This document shows positions 13,911-26,061 of a stretch of DNA of 64,000 nucleotides, one piece after another (positions within the stretch are counted from its first letter, which is position 1; every line of letters begins with the position of its first letter). The DNA is taken from assembly GCF_963921235.1 (NCBI RefSeq), contig NC_086097.1:108502001-108566000 (forward strand). Direction: 5' to 3'. This DNA is from Mobula hypostoma. Taxonomy: Eukaryota. The translations under genes and the position numbers were made by a program. Below the pieces are notes generated by a model. That model made no database searches, had not been told where the DNA came from, and worked only from the letters and a program-made list of their open reading frames with translations.

Positions 13911-14461
13911 AGTATTCGTGAATAGTTTGTCTCCTGTGATAGAGACAGAGAGATCCAGAGCGCTCCCTGTACGTGGCCCATATAACCCCTCCCATTCCCT
14001 GCCTGTCATCTGCCTGTCAAAATGCCTCTTAAGCATTGCTATCATGTCTGATTCTGCCACTTCACCTGGCAGCATATTCTTGGGACCTACTAGTCTCTGT
14101 GTGTGAGGAAACCATTTTGATTTAAAATATCTGTGTCAGAACTCTATTTCTGCTAAGTTGCCCGAGTCCTTTCTAGCTTTATTTGTGGACACTCAATATA
14201 TGCAATACGTTGCTTTTTGTGTCTAGAAGGGAGCCTGGTGCAAGTTATGCAGAAAGAGCTCCTTGGTGCAGTGACTACCATTGTGTGATTGATCTTGGCT
14301 GGAAGGACTTGGTTTTTGGTGACTTCCAGTCCTGCTCCTGTGATCCTCTGAATTACTGTAGATACTTTTTTTAAAGGGGACTTTGAGTAAATCCTTAAAA
14401 TATTTTCTCAATTCTGGAAATTGCTTGCAGAGAGCAATCTCTTGTGTCTGGTGACAGATAT

Positions 14462-15331
14462 CAGACATCCCACCTTACAAAAACTAATTTCAGGGAGGTA
14501 GCACCATCAATTTGCGGGAGACTTCCGGGAGAGGTGGGAGGTCTGCAATAGAGTAGCTCCCTAGCAGCTGGCCAGCTAGTTTAAATAACGTTAGCTGTGC
14601 TAATGAACGAATGACACCTGTTAAACTCACCTCAACACGTCTTTTACAGTCTTAACCCACCATGGGCAATAGAAAAGTCATTGTTGCAAACAGCGCAGCG
14701 AACAACACTGTCATTATTTTTTGACCCCTATTAGGCAGGGGTACACCTTAGTGTAGTCTGGGGTGACGTACGTTTTATTTTTTTTTGGAACACTCTGCCA
14801 TGGCGTGCTCTCACTCACTCTCTCTCTTTCGTGGTTGCTCGCACTCTCTCAAGCACTCTCGCTTGCTTTCTCTCTCGCTCGCTCTCCCCCTCGCTTTCTT
14901 GCTCACTCTCCCCCTCGCTTTCTCGCTCACTCTCCCCCTCGCTTTCTCGCCCACTCTCCCTCGCTTTCTCGCTCACTCTCCCTCGCTTTCTCGCTCACTC
15001 TCCCCCTCGCTTTCTCGCTCGCTCTCCCCCTCGCTTTCTCGCTCACTCTCCCTCGCTTTCTCGCTCGCTCTCCCCCTCGCTTTCTCGCTCACTCTCCCTC
15101 GCTTTCTCGCTCGCTCTCCCCCTCGCTTTCTCGCTCGCTCTCCCCCTCGCTTTCTCGCTCGCCCTTGCTTTCTCGCTCTCTCACTCGCTTGCCTTCGTGC
15201 TCTCTTGCTTTTCTCTCGCTCGCTCTCAAAAAAATTGATTTTTGTGATATTGTATATAATTTGCGGGCATCAGGGAGCCACTATTAATATGCGGGAGACT
15301 CCCGGAAGTTCCGGGAGAGGTGGGATGTCTG
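14462..15331. mobile_element. Non-autonomous TIR DNA transposon (hAT-like) with 6-bp TSD
   Basis: 14-bp TIR CAGACATCCCACCT / AGGTGGGATGTCTG; AGATAT on both flanks (14456-14461 and 15332-15337). Confidence 0.8.
14810..15227. repeat. CT-rich minisatellite, unit of about 22-24 bp (tcgctttctcgctcactctccccc)
   Basis: Visible tandem array inside the TIR element. Confidence 0.95.
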
Positions 15332-16089
15332 AGATATGGACACTGGGGCCTTCCCAGTGAAGCTGACTGAACCTGTTGGAGCCTTAGTGTGGATGTTGAG
15401 AATGCTGGTATTGGTTCACTTATCTTGCCAGTGGATTTGGAGGATTAGTGATATCTCTTCAATGCTTTGAGATGTCCATCTGTTAGTTGTCTATGCCTGT
15501 GAGGCATATAGAGGGTGGGGATTATTGCTGTTCAGTAGACCTGATTCTTCTTGGTAGCATATTTGATGTGTTGCCCTTTGAGTACTGTCTTCTGCTGGCA
15601 GTTGCAGGCTTTGCCAGCACATTGGAGACAGAGAGGTCTTGATATCAGTGTCTAACCTCACAAAGAACTGGTTTCAAAATATCTATTTAACCTTGCTTTT
15701 AACTGACATCATTTTCATGAGTACTTCATGCCATTGTAAAGCACTTTGAACTACATTGTCTGCATGAAAGATTTTCCATAAATGAGTTATTCCAAGTAGT
15801 GTTTGATCATTGGAAATTTTATAAGCCTTCCCTATAATCTGCTTCATTTAAGAGGTTCTTGTGAGGGCTCCCTGTACATTTTCTGAAGTTTTATTATTGA
15901 AGACTGTTCTCAATATGCTTTTTGTTCAGTACGTATGTCCTTGATGGCACTTGCCTACCTGCCGTATATACTGAAAGGTGCTGGGAAAAGGCCAGCAATA
16001 CCCACTCTCCTTATGGACTGTTATGCCCCATTTCCATCTGTGAGCTGATGATGGTGAGTTAGGCTGAGTTGTCGGAGGTTGAGGTGGTT

Positions 16090-16453
16090 CATTGGTCCCC
16101 AACCTCCAGGCCGCCAACCGATACTGATCCGCGAAGCATGCAGTAGTGCAGCAGTAGCCGGGATGCAGCAGTGGCTGGGACGCACCCAGCACATCTTTAA
16201 GAAAAAAGCCGAAGTAAACAAGCTAATTAATTAGGTGCCACCCGGCATGTAAATATCAGCCCAGATCGGAGGCGACGCAATCGGCAATTGCCTCTGATCT
16301 GGGCCGACATTTACGTGCTGGGCGGCACCTAATTAATTAGCTTGTTTATTTCGGCTTTTTTCTTAAAGATGTGTTGGGTGCGCCCCGGCTACCGCTGCAT
16401 TCTCTGCAGCAATGTATCGGTCCGCAGCCGGGGGGTGGGATGGTGGGACACTG
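16090..16453. mobile_element. Palindromic (foldback) MITE with hAT-like ends
   Basis: Left arm cccagcacatctttaagaaaaaagccgaagtaaacaagctaattaattaggtgcc is mirrored at 16324-16378; ends cattggtccccaacc / tgggacactg. Confidence 0.75.
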
Positions 16454-17146
16454 GGGTATCATCTCATCGTTGTCTGTTTGCATCAGGGAGGCAAGTCATC
16501 TTCTCCCATGTCTGCCTGCCTCGATGTCGAAGGTCGAGGTTCGTCGTCTGCTGTGGCTGATGTGGAAGGCTTGAAAAACGTCAGTATGCTTGACTGCTTA
16601 GCCTCGCTCATTTTTCTATCATACAGTCCTTTGTAAGCACTCAAAGCATCTTGCAAATATGCCGTAAACCGACGTACCCTTTCAACATTAAAGTCGTACT
16701 TTATCATTGCAGTGAAAATCTCACGCAGTTGCTTCACATTCAGTTCCTGGACAACTTCACTTTCGGTCCATTCGCTACTGCATTCGGGTTCGATTGTTAT
16801 CCTTTCCTCTTCCAATTGCATCCGCTCTTCATCTATCAGTTCTTGGTCATGGGATGCCAAAACCTCTTCAACATCGTTTTCATCAACTTCCACAAGCCAA
16901 ACTCACTTTGTCCTTCCTTCGTTCACCACGATCGAAACGCTTAATTATGTCTAGTTTTACGTTAAGTGTAACACCCTTACAAGTTGGTTTAGGCTTTTCC
17001 GATACCTCGGAACTGATCTGCTAACGACTGCCTTTTTTCGTAACGGTGAAAACACCTTCTGTTAGCGAAAACAGGGAACTAATGTAGGTCTTTCGTAACA
17101 GTGAGGTTTCGTAAAGCAAACGTTCGAAAAGCAGGAGACACATGTA
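16454..17146 (-). mobile_element. Tigger/pogo-like transposon fragment
   Basis: Minus ORF EVDENDVEEVLASHDQELIDEERMQLEEER...KQSSILTFFKP; terminal ttcgtaaagcaaacgttcgaaaagcaggagacacatg-TA. Confidence 0.8.
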
Positions 17147-18574
17147 CAACTGAGAATTTTTACTTGTGAATCACATGCTCCTTTTTTCAAAAAAACAGGC
17201 AAAATTGTAGAGCATGAAAAACTAAAAACTCAAAAGCTGAAATGTCAACAGTTCACAGGTACTCATGCTCCTTTGCTCAGTCCTTAGTTGAACTACATCT
17301 TGCAGCTATTACAGGCATCACATTAGCTTTCCACAATGTGATGGAGCAAGATTTGCCCATTCTTCCTTGCAAGATTGCTCAAGCTATGCCTGGTTAGTTG
17401 GGGAGTGATGGTGGACAGCAATCTTGAGGTCTTGCCAGAGATGTTCAATTAGGTTAATGCTCTGACTGGGCCACTCAAGGACATTAATTTTCTTCATTTG
17501 AGACCACTTTGTGGTTGTTCTGGCAGTGTGCTTTGGGTCATTGTATTGAAAAGCAAACTTCAGAACTTCCTCCCCAGTTTAAGCTTTCTGGCAGAGGCTG
17601 GCAGGTTTTATCCAGGATCCCTCTGTATTCAGCAGCATTCTTCTTTCCATCAATCCTGACCAGATTTCCAGTCCCTGCTGCTGAAAACTATCCCCATAGC
17701 ACGATGCTGCGTCCACCATGATTTACAGTAGGGATGGTGTATGCAGTGTTAAATTTACACTACATGTATCACTTAGGATTGAGGCCACAAAGTTCCACTT
17801 TAGTCTCATCCGACTGCAAGACCTTCTTCCACATCTTTACAGTATCTTCTAAGTGATGCTTTGCAGTCTTTACAGGCAAGGATTTTTTTTAATCCAGGGC
17901 TTCTTCCTTGCCACTCTTCCATAAATACACATTTTGTGCAAGGCCTTAGAGATTGTGGAGCTATGAATTTCATCTCTCGTTGCAGCCACTGACAGGCATC
18001 CCACTAGCCTCTCTTACAACTGCCATTCTTCTCTAGTGACCAAGATTAGAGGGGTAGCCTGAACTCAGCAGTGTGGCTGTGGTTTCATATTTTTTTCTAC
18101 TTTTTCATGATGGGCTGCACTGAGCTCCGAAGTGTGTTTGGGATGGCCTTGTACCCTTCCCCAGATTTGTGCTTTTCTATTATCACTTCCCTGATTTGTC
18201 TTGAATGCTCTTTTGTCTTCATTTTGGTTTGGTCTTTTGAAAATCTGTTGGACCCAGAGAGAGGGTCTATTTATTCAGATGTTCTTCCAATTTTCTACAT
18301 AACAAATAGGGTGAGTTGGTAAGGTCATATACAGTATTGCACATGTGCAAAGCTAACATAGTAATTGCAACTTTACTTCGTCAGCCACATAATTTTGGTT
18401 TTTAATTTTTAGTAAATTGTTGACAAGTTTTGGGACTTTCCTTTTGATTTGACATGATGCACAATGTTTTGTAGATGAGCTTAAAAATTCTACTTCAATA
18501 TATTTTAATTTTAGAAAATGAGACAGTAAAATATGAAAGTAGTTGTGGGGGCTGAATACTTTTTCTTGGCACCG
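17147..18574 (-). mobile_element. Degenerate Tc1 transposon
   Basis: Terminus gggggctgaatactttttcttggcaccg-TA; minus translation WPSQS.NLIEHLWQDLKIAVH...SCKEEWANL. Confidence 0.85.
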
Positions 18575-18579
18575 TAAAC

Positions 18580-19400
18580 TAATCTCTTCTGCCTACACAA
18601 TATCCATATCCTTCTCACATTCATGTGTCTATCTCACTGTCTCTTAAAAATCTCTAATTTGTCTGCCTCTACCATGACCTCAGGCGTACCGGGCACCCAC
18701 CACTCTGTGTAACAAAACTTGCCCCTCATCTTATTTGAAATTACCCCCTATTACCTTAAATGCATGCCCTCTGGTATTAGACATTTCAACCCTTGGAAAA
18801 AATATATTGTCTGTCTACGCTATCTATGCCACTCATAATCTTATAAACCTCTATCAGATCACCATTCAGTCTCTGCTGCTCCAGAGAAAACAACCCAAGT
18901 TTGTCCAAATACAAACAAGAGAAAATCTGCACATGCTGGAAATCCAAGCACATGCACAAAATGCTGGAGGAACTCAGCAGGCCAGACTGCACCTATAGAA
19001 AAGAGTACGGTGAACATTTTGCGCCGACACCCTTTATCAGGATCCGAAACATCGACTGTACCCTTTTCCATGGATGCTGCCTGGTCTGCTGAGTTCCTCC
19101 AGCATCTTGTGTGTGTTGCAAGTTTGTCCAACTTCTCGTTATAGCACATGCCCCATAATTCAGGCAACGTCCTCGTAAATCTATTCTGCATCCTCTCCAA
19201 TGCCTCAACATCCTTCCTATAATTGTACGACCTGGGGTTCTCAACCTGAGCTTCAAGACCCCTTGCTTAATGGTATTGGTCCATGATATAAAAAACGTTG
19301 GGAATCCCTGGGGTAACCAGAGAAATATGCAATACTCCTCCAGATGCAGCCTAAATAGAGTTTTATAAAGTTGCAACATAACTTACTGACTTCTCACTGA
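18580..19400 (-). mobile_element. CR1 3' fragment hosting two later insertions (18909-19118 and an hAT-like mini-MITE at about 19232-19310)
   Basis: LGLFSLEQQRLNGDLIEVYKIM and ERMQNRFTRTLP on the minus strand. Confidence 0.75.
18909..19118. mobile_element. 210-bp inverted-arm element built from two opposed PLE hammerhead modules
   Basis: 13-bp TSD CAAGTTTGTCCAA (18896-18908 and 19119-19131); arms atgctggaggaactcagcag / ctgctgagttcctccagcat. Confidence 0.88.
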
Positions 19401-19964
19401 CTTCTCAACTGTTAATTAATAACCTCTTGTTAAAACATTCAAGCATCAAAAGGGCAATGGTCTTTGCCAAAGTAGTAGCCCTTTATAGCAAATATGCAAT
19501 GTTTCGAAACTAACGCTTTGCAGAATGTTGACCCTTGTTGTAACTCAAAAACTTAATCAATTGTTTAGTGGAAATATAAACAACGGTTATGTGCTCTTAG
19601 AGTTCATTGAGACACAGCTGCCAAGGCACTTCACTGTTTGCAGATCCACTTCTTGCAGATCAGCTTCTGAGCTGGTGTTCCAGGTTTCAGCGAGTAATGT
19701 AGCAAATAGATCCACAATTATTGATGAGAAGATGCAGATCTTTTTCTATGGTCTAGCATCACATCACATGAAAAGGTTCTCATGCTGTTCCTGAAATCCT
19801 GGTAAATGATCAAGGTGAAGTCAGTTGTGGCCTCTGCATTCATGAATTTAGCAGCCAATGCATTCTGGAGGTTGGCTTATAGCAAACTATTCTGAAACAA
19901 AATGAGGCACACTCATACAGTTTCCCTAGCCAAATGTATACCTTGCTCATTTTGCAACCACAGA

Positions 19965-20295
19965 TACCTCCAGGTTCAAGAACAGTTACTACTCCTCAAC
20001 CATCAAGCTCTTGAATAAAAGGGGATAACTACACTCAACTTCACTTGCCCCGATATTGAAATGTACCTACAACCTATGATCTCACTTCCAAGAATTTTTA
20101 TCTCATTAATTATTGCTATTTATTTATATTTGTATTTGCGCAGTTTGTTGCCTTCTGCACTCTGGTTGATCTTTCATCGATCCTGTTATGGTTACTATTC
20201 TAAAGATTTGCAGAGCATGCCCATAAGAAGATGACTCTCAGGATGAATATGGTGACACATACATACCTTGATAATAATATTCACTTCGAACTTCG
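19965..20295 (+). mobile_element. Rex1/Babar-like LINE 3' end (related copies at about 27750-27985 -, 28565-29270 -, 30255-30590 +, 44210-44470 -)
   Basis: Shared caggttcaagaacagttact...ttgataataa...ttgaactttga tail; minus ORF at 28725-29276 LPSGRR..SIR.RT.RL.NSFFPQAV. Confidence 0.65.
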
Positions 20296-20609
20296 ATGTC
20301 AGAAAGATTGATGAGTGCTGTTGGCGATGTGTAGGATCGCCTGAGATCAAAGGGTGATGCCAATGTGTCGGTGAAATGGTCTGAGAGAAGCAGCTGACAA
20401 CTGTGAGATGATGAATTCTTGGGAGTATTAATGAGGCTAGGACAAGCACAATGACTGGCAGAGAGTCCTTGGGAGTATTGAGGAGTGGAGGGACTGTGAT
20501 ACGCAAGGCCAGTAAGCATTGAAGGTGGATTAATAATAAGATGCAATAGACTATTTTTGTTTAAGCATTAAATAGTATATATAAAACTATTATATACACT
20601 GTATAATAT

Positions 20610-20980
20610 TTCCCTCCACCTCTCCTCTTCCTCTATTCCCCACCCTGACCTTTACTACTTCTCACCTGCCTATCACCTCCCCTTGGGTCCCCCTCCTCCT
20701 TCCCTGTCTCCTATGGTCCACTGTCCTCTCCTATCTGATTCCTCCCTCTTCTTCCCAACCCCTGGCTTCACCTATCACCTTCCAGCTAGCCTCCTTCCCC
20801 TTTCCCCACTTTTTTATTCTGACATCTTCCACCTCCCTTCTCAGTCCTGAAGAAGGGTCTTAGCCTGAAACTTGGACTGTTTGTTCATTTCCATACATGC
20901 TGCCTGACCTGCTGAGTTCCTCCAGTATTTCAGGTGTGTCTCTTTGGAGCTCCAGCATCTGCAGACTTTCACGTGTTTAT
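20610..20980 (+). mobile_element. PLE 3' UTR with hammerhead module (degenerate cleavage triplet)
   Basis: cagtc-ctgaaga-agggtcttagcct-gaaac-ttg-gactg at 20842-20879. Confidence 0.8.
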
Positions 20981-21291
20981 AATATACTGACATTTATTAG
21001 GCTTTGAATGCAAGAGCAGGGAGGTCTCGTTCCATCTTATAAAACATTGGTGAGACCTTTGCTTGGGTATTGTGTGCAGTAGTGTACTGTGCACTCTTTC
21101 CAGCCCTGTCACTGGAGAGAATATTGCCTGGAATGAAATGTTTCATTATGATCACTTTATTTTCTCTGAAGTGGAGGAGGTTAAGAGGAGAAATGATTAA
21201 GATACAAATAATAATGTGAAGTATAATTGGCTAGACTGTAAGATCCTTTCCTCCATATCAGTGGTAGATAAAACCAGAAGACGTGGACATA

Positions 21292-21802
21292 GCAACACAC
21301 ATAAAAGTTGCTGGTGAACGCAGCAGGCCAGGCAGCATCTCTAGGAAGAGGTGCAGTCAACGTTTCAGGCCGAGACCCTTCGTCAGGACTAACTGAAGGA
21401 AGAGTGAGTAAGGGATTTGAAAGTTGGAGGGGGAGGGGGAGATCCAAAATGATAGGAGAAGACAGGAGGGGGAGGGATGGAGCCAAGAGCTGGACAGGTG
21501 ATAGGCAAAAGGTATACGAGAGGATCATGGGACAGGAGGTCCGGGAAGAAAGACAAGGGGAGGGGGACCCAGAGGATGGGCAAGGGGTATATTCAGAGGG
21601 ACAGAGGGAGAAAAAGGAGAGTGAGAGAAAGATGTGCGTATAAAAATAAGTAACAGATGAGGTACGAGGGGGAGGTGGGACATTAGCGGAAGTTAGAGAA
21701 GTCGATGTTCATGCCATTAGGTTGGAGGCTACCCAGACGGAATATAAGGTGTTGTTCCTCCAACCTACCCAGATGGAATATAAGGTGTTGTTCCTCCAAC
21801 CT
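21292..21802 (-). mobile_element. Young PLE 3' fragment inserted in an old CR1
   Basis: RLEEQHLIFRLGSLQPNGMNIDFSNFR with an internal tandem duplication of about 36 bp; imperfect TSD gacgtggacata / gacgtgaacata. Confidence 0.85.
21354..21390 (-). ncRNA. Minimal type I hammerhead ribozyme motif
   Basis: Minus strand: AGTC CTGACGA A GGGT CTCG GCCT GAAAC GTT^GACTG. Confidence 0.75.
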
Positions 21803-22169
21803 GACGTGAACATACATATGGTAAGATGCCAGAGATTTGGAGGGGATCTGAGAAGGACGTTTTTGAAATAGAGAGTGGCGAGTACCTGGAATGCACTGGT
21901 GGAAGCCAAGTTGCTGGCAACATTTAAGAGATATGTAGGTGAGCACTTCAATTGCCCTGGAATAGTGGCCTGTTGGGCAAGTGCTAGAAAATGGAGTGGA
22001 CGTGGATGTCATGGGCTGAATGACCTGCTTTCACACTCTTTCACTTCTAGTCCTATGAAAGATGTGCCAAGTAATAACTTTTATTTGACAGTTAATTCCA
22101 TGCATGTGTGATTACTGAAAGACAGCAATGTCCATGTTAAATCTGCATTAGCAAGGTTAAGTATGCAAG

Positions 22170-22375
22170 GAACACACACAAAATGCTGGAGGAACTCAGC
22201 AGGCCAGGCGGCATCTATGGAAAAAAAGTACAGTGGATGTTTTGAGCTGAGACCCTTCACCAGGCACGTAACGCCGACTGTACTTTTTCCCATAGATGCT
22301 CCCTGGCCTGCTGAGTTCCTGCGGCATTTTGTGTATGTTGCTTGGATCTCCATCATGTGCAGACTTTCTCTTGTT
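22170..22375. mobile_element. Inverted-arm element of two opposed PLE modules
   Basis: caaaatgctggaggaactcagcaggccagg...cctggcctgctgagttcctgcggcattttg; no clear TSD. Confidence 0.8.
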
Positions 22376-23035
22376 CAGCAGACAGGGTTTAGCATTTCAT
22401 GGAGCCTTGATGTGATCAACATATTGTTTGAAATGTATCTGCATGCTTTTGAGTTGATTAACATTGTGTCTGTGATGTAAATTACTTTTCTTTTCATGTT
22501 GCCCATCAGGTTTTCTGGTGTCCATCTGCTTTATGTAACGATGGCAGCCACCAGTGATTTGGCCCATTAACTGGATAAGCAACTCCCATCGAGGGAAGAG
22601 TTGCCAATACTTTAAAGCAGTTATTTTGAAATAATTAGCTTATTGGCAGTTATTAGACTGATGAAATTAGAAACACAAAGACATCAAAAGACCTTCAATA
22701 AATGTAACTGATTTAAAATCTTAAATGACTCTTATTGAAACCAACTAATTGGTGTTAAATAATGCTTCATGTTTCTTTGAGAGGTGGTTCTAACCACATC
22801 TTCAGTGGGTGAATACTGATGTGGCTTTATTTTCAATATGAGAAGCCTTCAAAGAGCCCCTGCTGTACTGATTAATCTTGGGTGCATTAAAACATCAGCA
22901 TTGATCCTTCTTGTAATTTTCCTTGCCACAGGTTAGAAAAATGTTATTTTGTTATGAGCAAACTCTCCACATGAGTTTTTACATATGGTTTCAGCCCCAT
23001 TGTCTGCAGACGAGATTATGTCTTTTAGTGGCTTC

Positions 23036-25863
23036 TGTTGTGTCTGTGCACAACTACATTTCGATTAGATAAAAGCACACAGGTGGGAGATGTTTAACTT
23101 GTGTATTCACATTGCAGAGAGAGAGAGAGAGAACAATGCATATGCATAGATAACAGTGCATCCACAGACAACAGACAATACTTAGTGCTGGGGGGTGCGG
23201 TTATTGATCTAAAAGAAATAGATCCATACATTACACTTCCTCCCCCTTTAGATTAATGCAAGATAAAACTGTATATGTACAAAGCAATCATTTTCTCTTT
23301 TATAAACCCATATTCCAAATAAACATGCTTTCACAATAACAGTCCATGACTAACTTCACAGTTCTAAAGGTTCAGTCTTTTGGGTGATGCTCTGCTTCTT
23401 TCAGGATAGTGCCTCTGGGCCTGTGGAGTGGCATTAGGTTTGCTAGGTGTCTTGAATAAGAGAACGTTCTCGGTTTTCGGTGTCACGTGGCTGTCCGTGA
23501 TATCATCACTGAGAGGTAAGTCCGGTCACTGTAATGTGTCCGTCTTGTTGGATGCAGTCAGCTCAGGTGTGTTTTTTGGTTGAGCATCCAGTAGCTGGTC
23601 CACATGATGTCTCTATATCTGAGCTCCAACATCCACTGTGTACGTCAGTGGTCTGGTTCTTGTAGCTGTCCTATTGAGTGTCCACTTGACTTTTCAGTAA
23701 TCAGGCACTGGGACTTCCTGTCCAACCTCGAAGCTCTTTGCCGCTTCACTTGGCAACTGGCTGAACTGTTTATTCTGTACTTCCTTCCGTAGATTTGGTT
23801 TCAGGAGGTCTTTGCAAGATCTCAGATTCCTGATCATGAACAACATTGCAGGTGTTTGACTTGTTGTCACATGAACAGAGTTCCAATACACCAAAAGGAA
23901 ATTGTCCTCCTCATCCATAGCTTTGATGGACTTCTTGAAGGCTTGGATAAAACTTTCAGCTAACCCATTCATTGCTGGGTGGTGAGGAGCTGACTTGAAA
24001 TGTGTGATGCCATTTTTCTTTATGAATAGTCTGAATTCTTCTGACGTGTAATGTGGTCCATTGTCACTCGTAATTTGTTCTGGTAAGCCATTTCTGGTGA
24101 AGATAGTCCTCAGAGCGAGACAGTCTTTACTGTGCTGGTTGACTTCATTGGTAATGTATTACCTCCAGCCACTTCGAATGAGCATCCACAACAATTTGGA
24201 ACGTGGAGTCTATGAATGGCCAAGCAAAGTCAATATGTACTCTATGCCGTGGTGAAGACAGCCACTCCCATGGTGTAGCAGTGCCTGTAGGGTACATTTT
24301 GAACTTCTGGCTAAGTCTTCAATCTGTTTATTTATTCCCATCTCAAACACCTTTTCATTAGCATTAAGCAGCCTCTGGTTAGTGCTACCATTTGGGCAGC
24401 AGTAGCCTGTTGATGCCACACTGAGAGCTCTGAATGAGTGCCAGTCTAGTTGGATTTTTCTCAACCATTCACGTCTGAACAGTGCTGGTCCTCCACTTTT
24501 CTTCAATACATAAAGCTCTAACTGTTGTGTTTGGCCTCCATGCATCACTTTCATTTTCAGTTTGCCTTTGGGGGACACTTTTTCATCTGTGTAGCTCTTT
24601 AGCATCATTGGGGTCTTCTCTAATGGTATCTTAGAAAACAGTCTCTGAAATTATAGACAAAGCTGATCCTGTATCTAGCTCCATTTTCAGTTTTACACCA
24701 GACACATCTATTGTGATCTGTATTATATTGCGATCTGCTTCAGTAACACTATTCTAGGCATGAGAGTTCACCTTTGTCAAACTTGATGTTGTGTGATACT
24801 GTTTTACATTTGGTAACTTTATACATTTGTTTAATTTTGTGTTCGAGACTTTTTGCTCAGCTGTGCTTTTTGTCTGCCTTGCACACAATGTGACCTCTAT
24901 GGGACCTTTCCTGTGACACTTTCTGCAGACTTTTTTCTTTGGTACAACAGTCATTTGCATCACGGGTGGATTTGCCACATCGACAACATCTTTGGCTTTT
25001 TGCTCCATTCAGGGACATTTTGTTCATTTCACATTCTAACCTCCTTTTTTGTAGTACTGCTGCATTCTTTGCTGCAGTCACTAATGATATTGCAATGGTC
25101 AATGCCCATTCTAAGGTTAGGTCCCTTTCGGACAATACCCTCTTTCGAGTGCTTTGAATATGCATGTTACGTACGAGCCTGTTCCTTAATGCATTAGAAA
25201 GTCCATCTCTAAAGTCACAGAAGTGCGTAAGTTTGCGCCGTTCTCAGAAAGGCTTTCATCTTTTGACTGGTTCCTGTTGTAAAATCTAAATATTTTAGCT
25301 ATTACCACTGGTTTAGGGCTCATGTGATTTTGTAAAGTTGTATCAATTTCATTGAACACCTTGCTTGTTGGCTTTTCAGGGGTTACTAGGCTACATAATG
25401 GGCCCATTAACTAAGAAGTATAACCCTCTCAATATACGACTTCCAGCCTTCATTAGTGCTGTCAAATTTATCAAATTTCCCGACTGAAGCCATCACCACG
25501 TTATTTTCACTTTAAATTTAGTGCGTCTTTCACTGTTCTCACGCAATCCCTTGTTAGCCTCTGTGATGGCCTTCTGGTGTTGTTTAACTCTCGCTGTTTC
25601 ATCCCGTAACTGTCAGTGCCATTGGTGATACTCTCTGACATCTGACATTCAGCTTCACACTTGTTGCCAATTTATTGTGCCTATACACAACTACATATCG
25701 ATTAAATAAAAGCAAGCATTTTAACTGGTGTATTCACATTGCAGTGAGAGAGAGACAATGTGCATACGTAGACAACAATGTGCATACGTAGACAACATTT
25801 CAATACGTAGTGCTAAGGGGGTGGGGGGTCATTGCTCTAAAAGACGTAGATTCATACATTACA
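23036..25863 (-). mobile_element. Gypsy LTR retrotransposon with internal deletion (no RT/RNase H)
   Basis: LTRs at 23036-23235 and 25673-25863; 5-bp TSD GCTTC; polypurine tract at 23236-23251; PBS-like TGGCAACAAG; gag knuckle remnants, protease LKMELDTGSA, integrase NGLAESFIQAFK. Confidence 0.93.
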
Positions 25864-26061
25864 GCTTCAGTACTGACAATCCATTGAAGTTGAAGGGAAG
25901 GATGGCTATGCAATATTGTTCAAAAAATAAAATCAGAAAATCTAGAATTTGTTCTGTGTTCTATGTTTTAGTTATGCTACTAATGAAAAATTGTTGAAGT
26001 TAAAATTTTAAAGTAAGTTTTATAATCAGATAAACCACATAAATGTCACCACATACAATCT

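Noticed and set aside
14810..15227. CRISPR-like array
   Set aside because: Contiguous tandem units with no unique spacers, no cas genes, and a vertebrate intron context.
14763..15360. Three overlapping 135-191 aa ORFs
   Set aside because: Translations of a stop-free CT-rich minisatellite.
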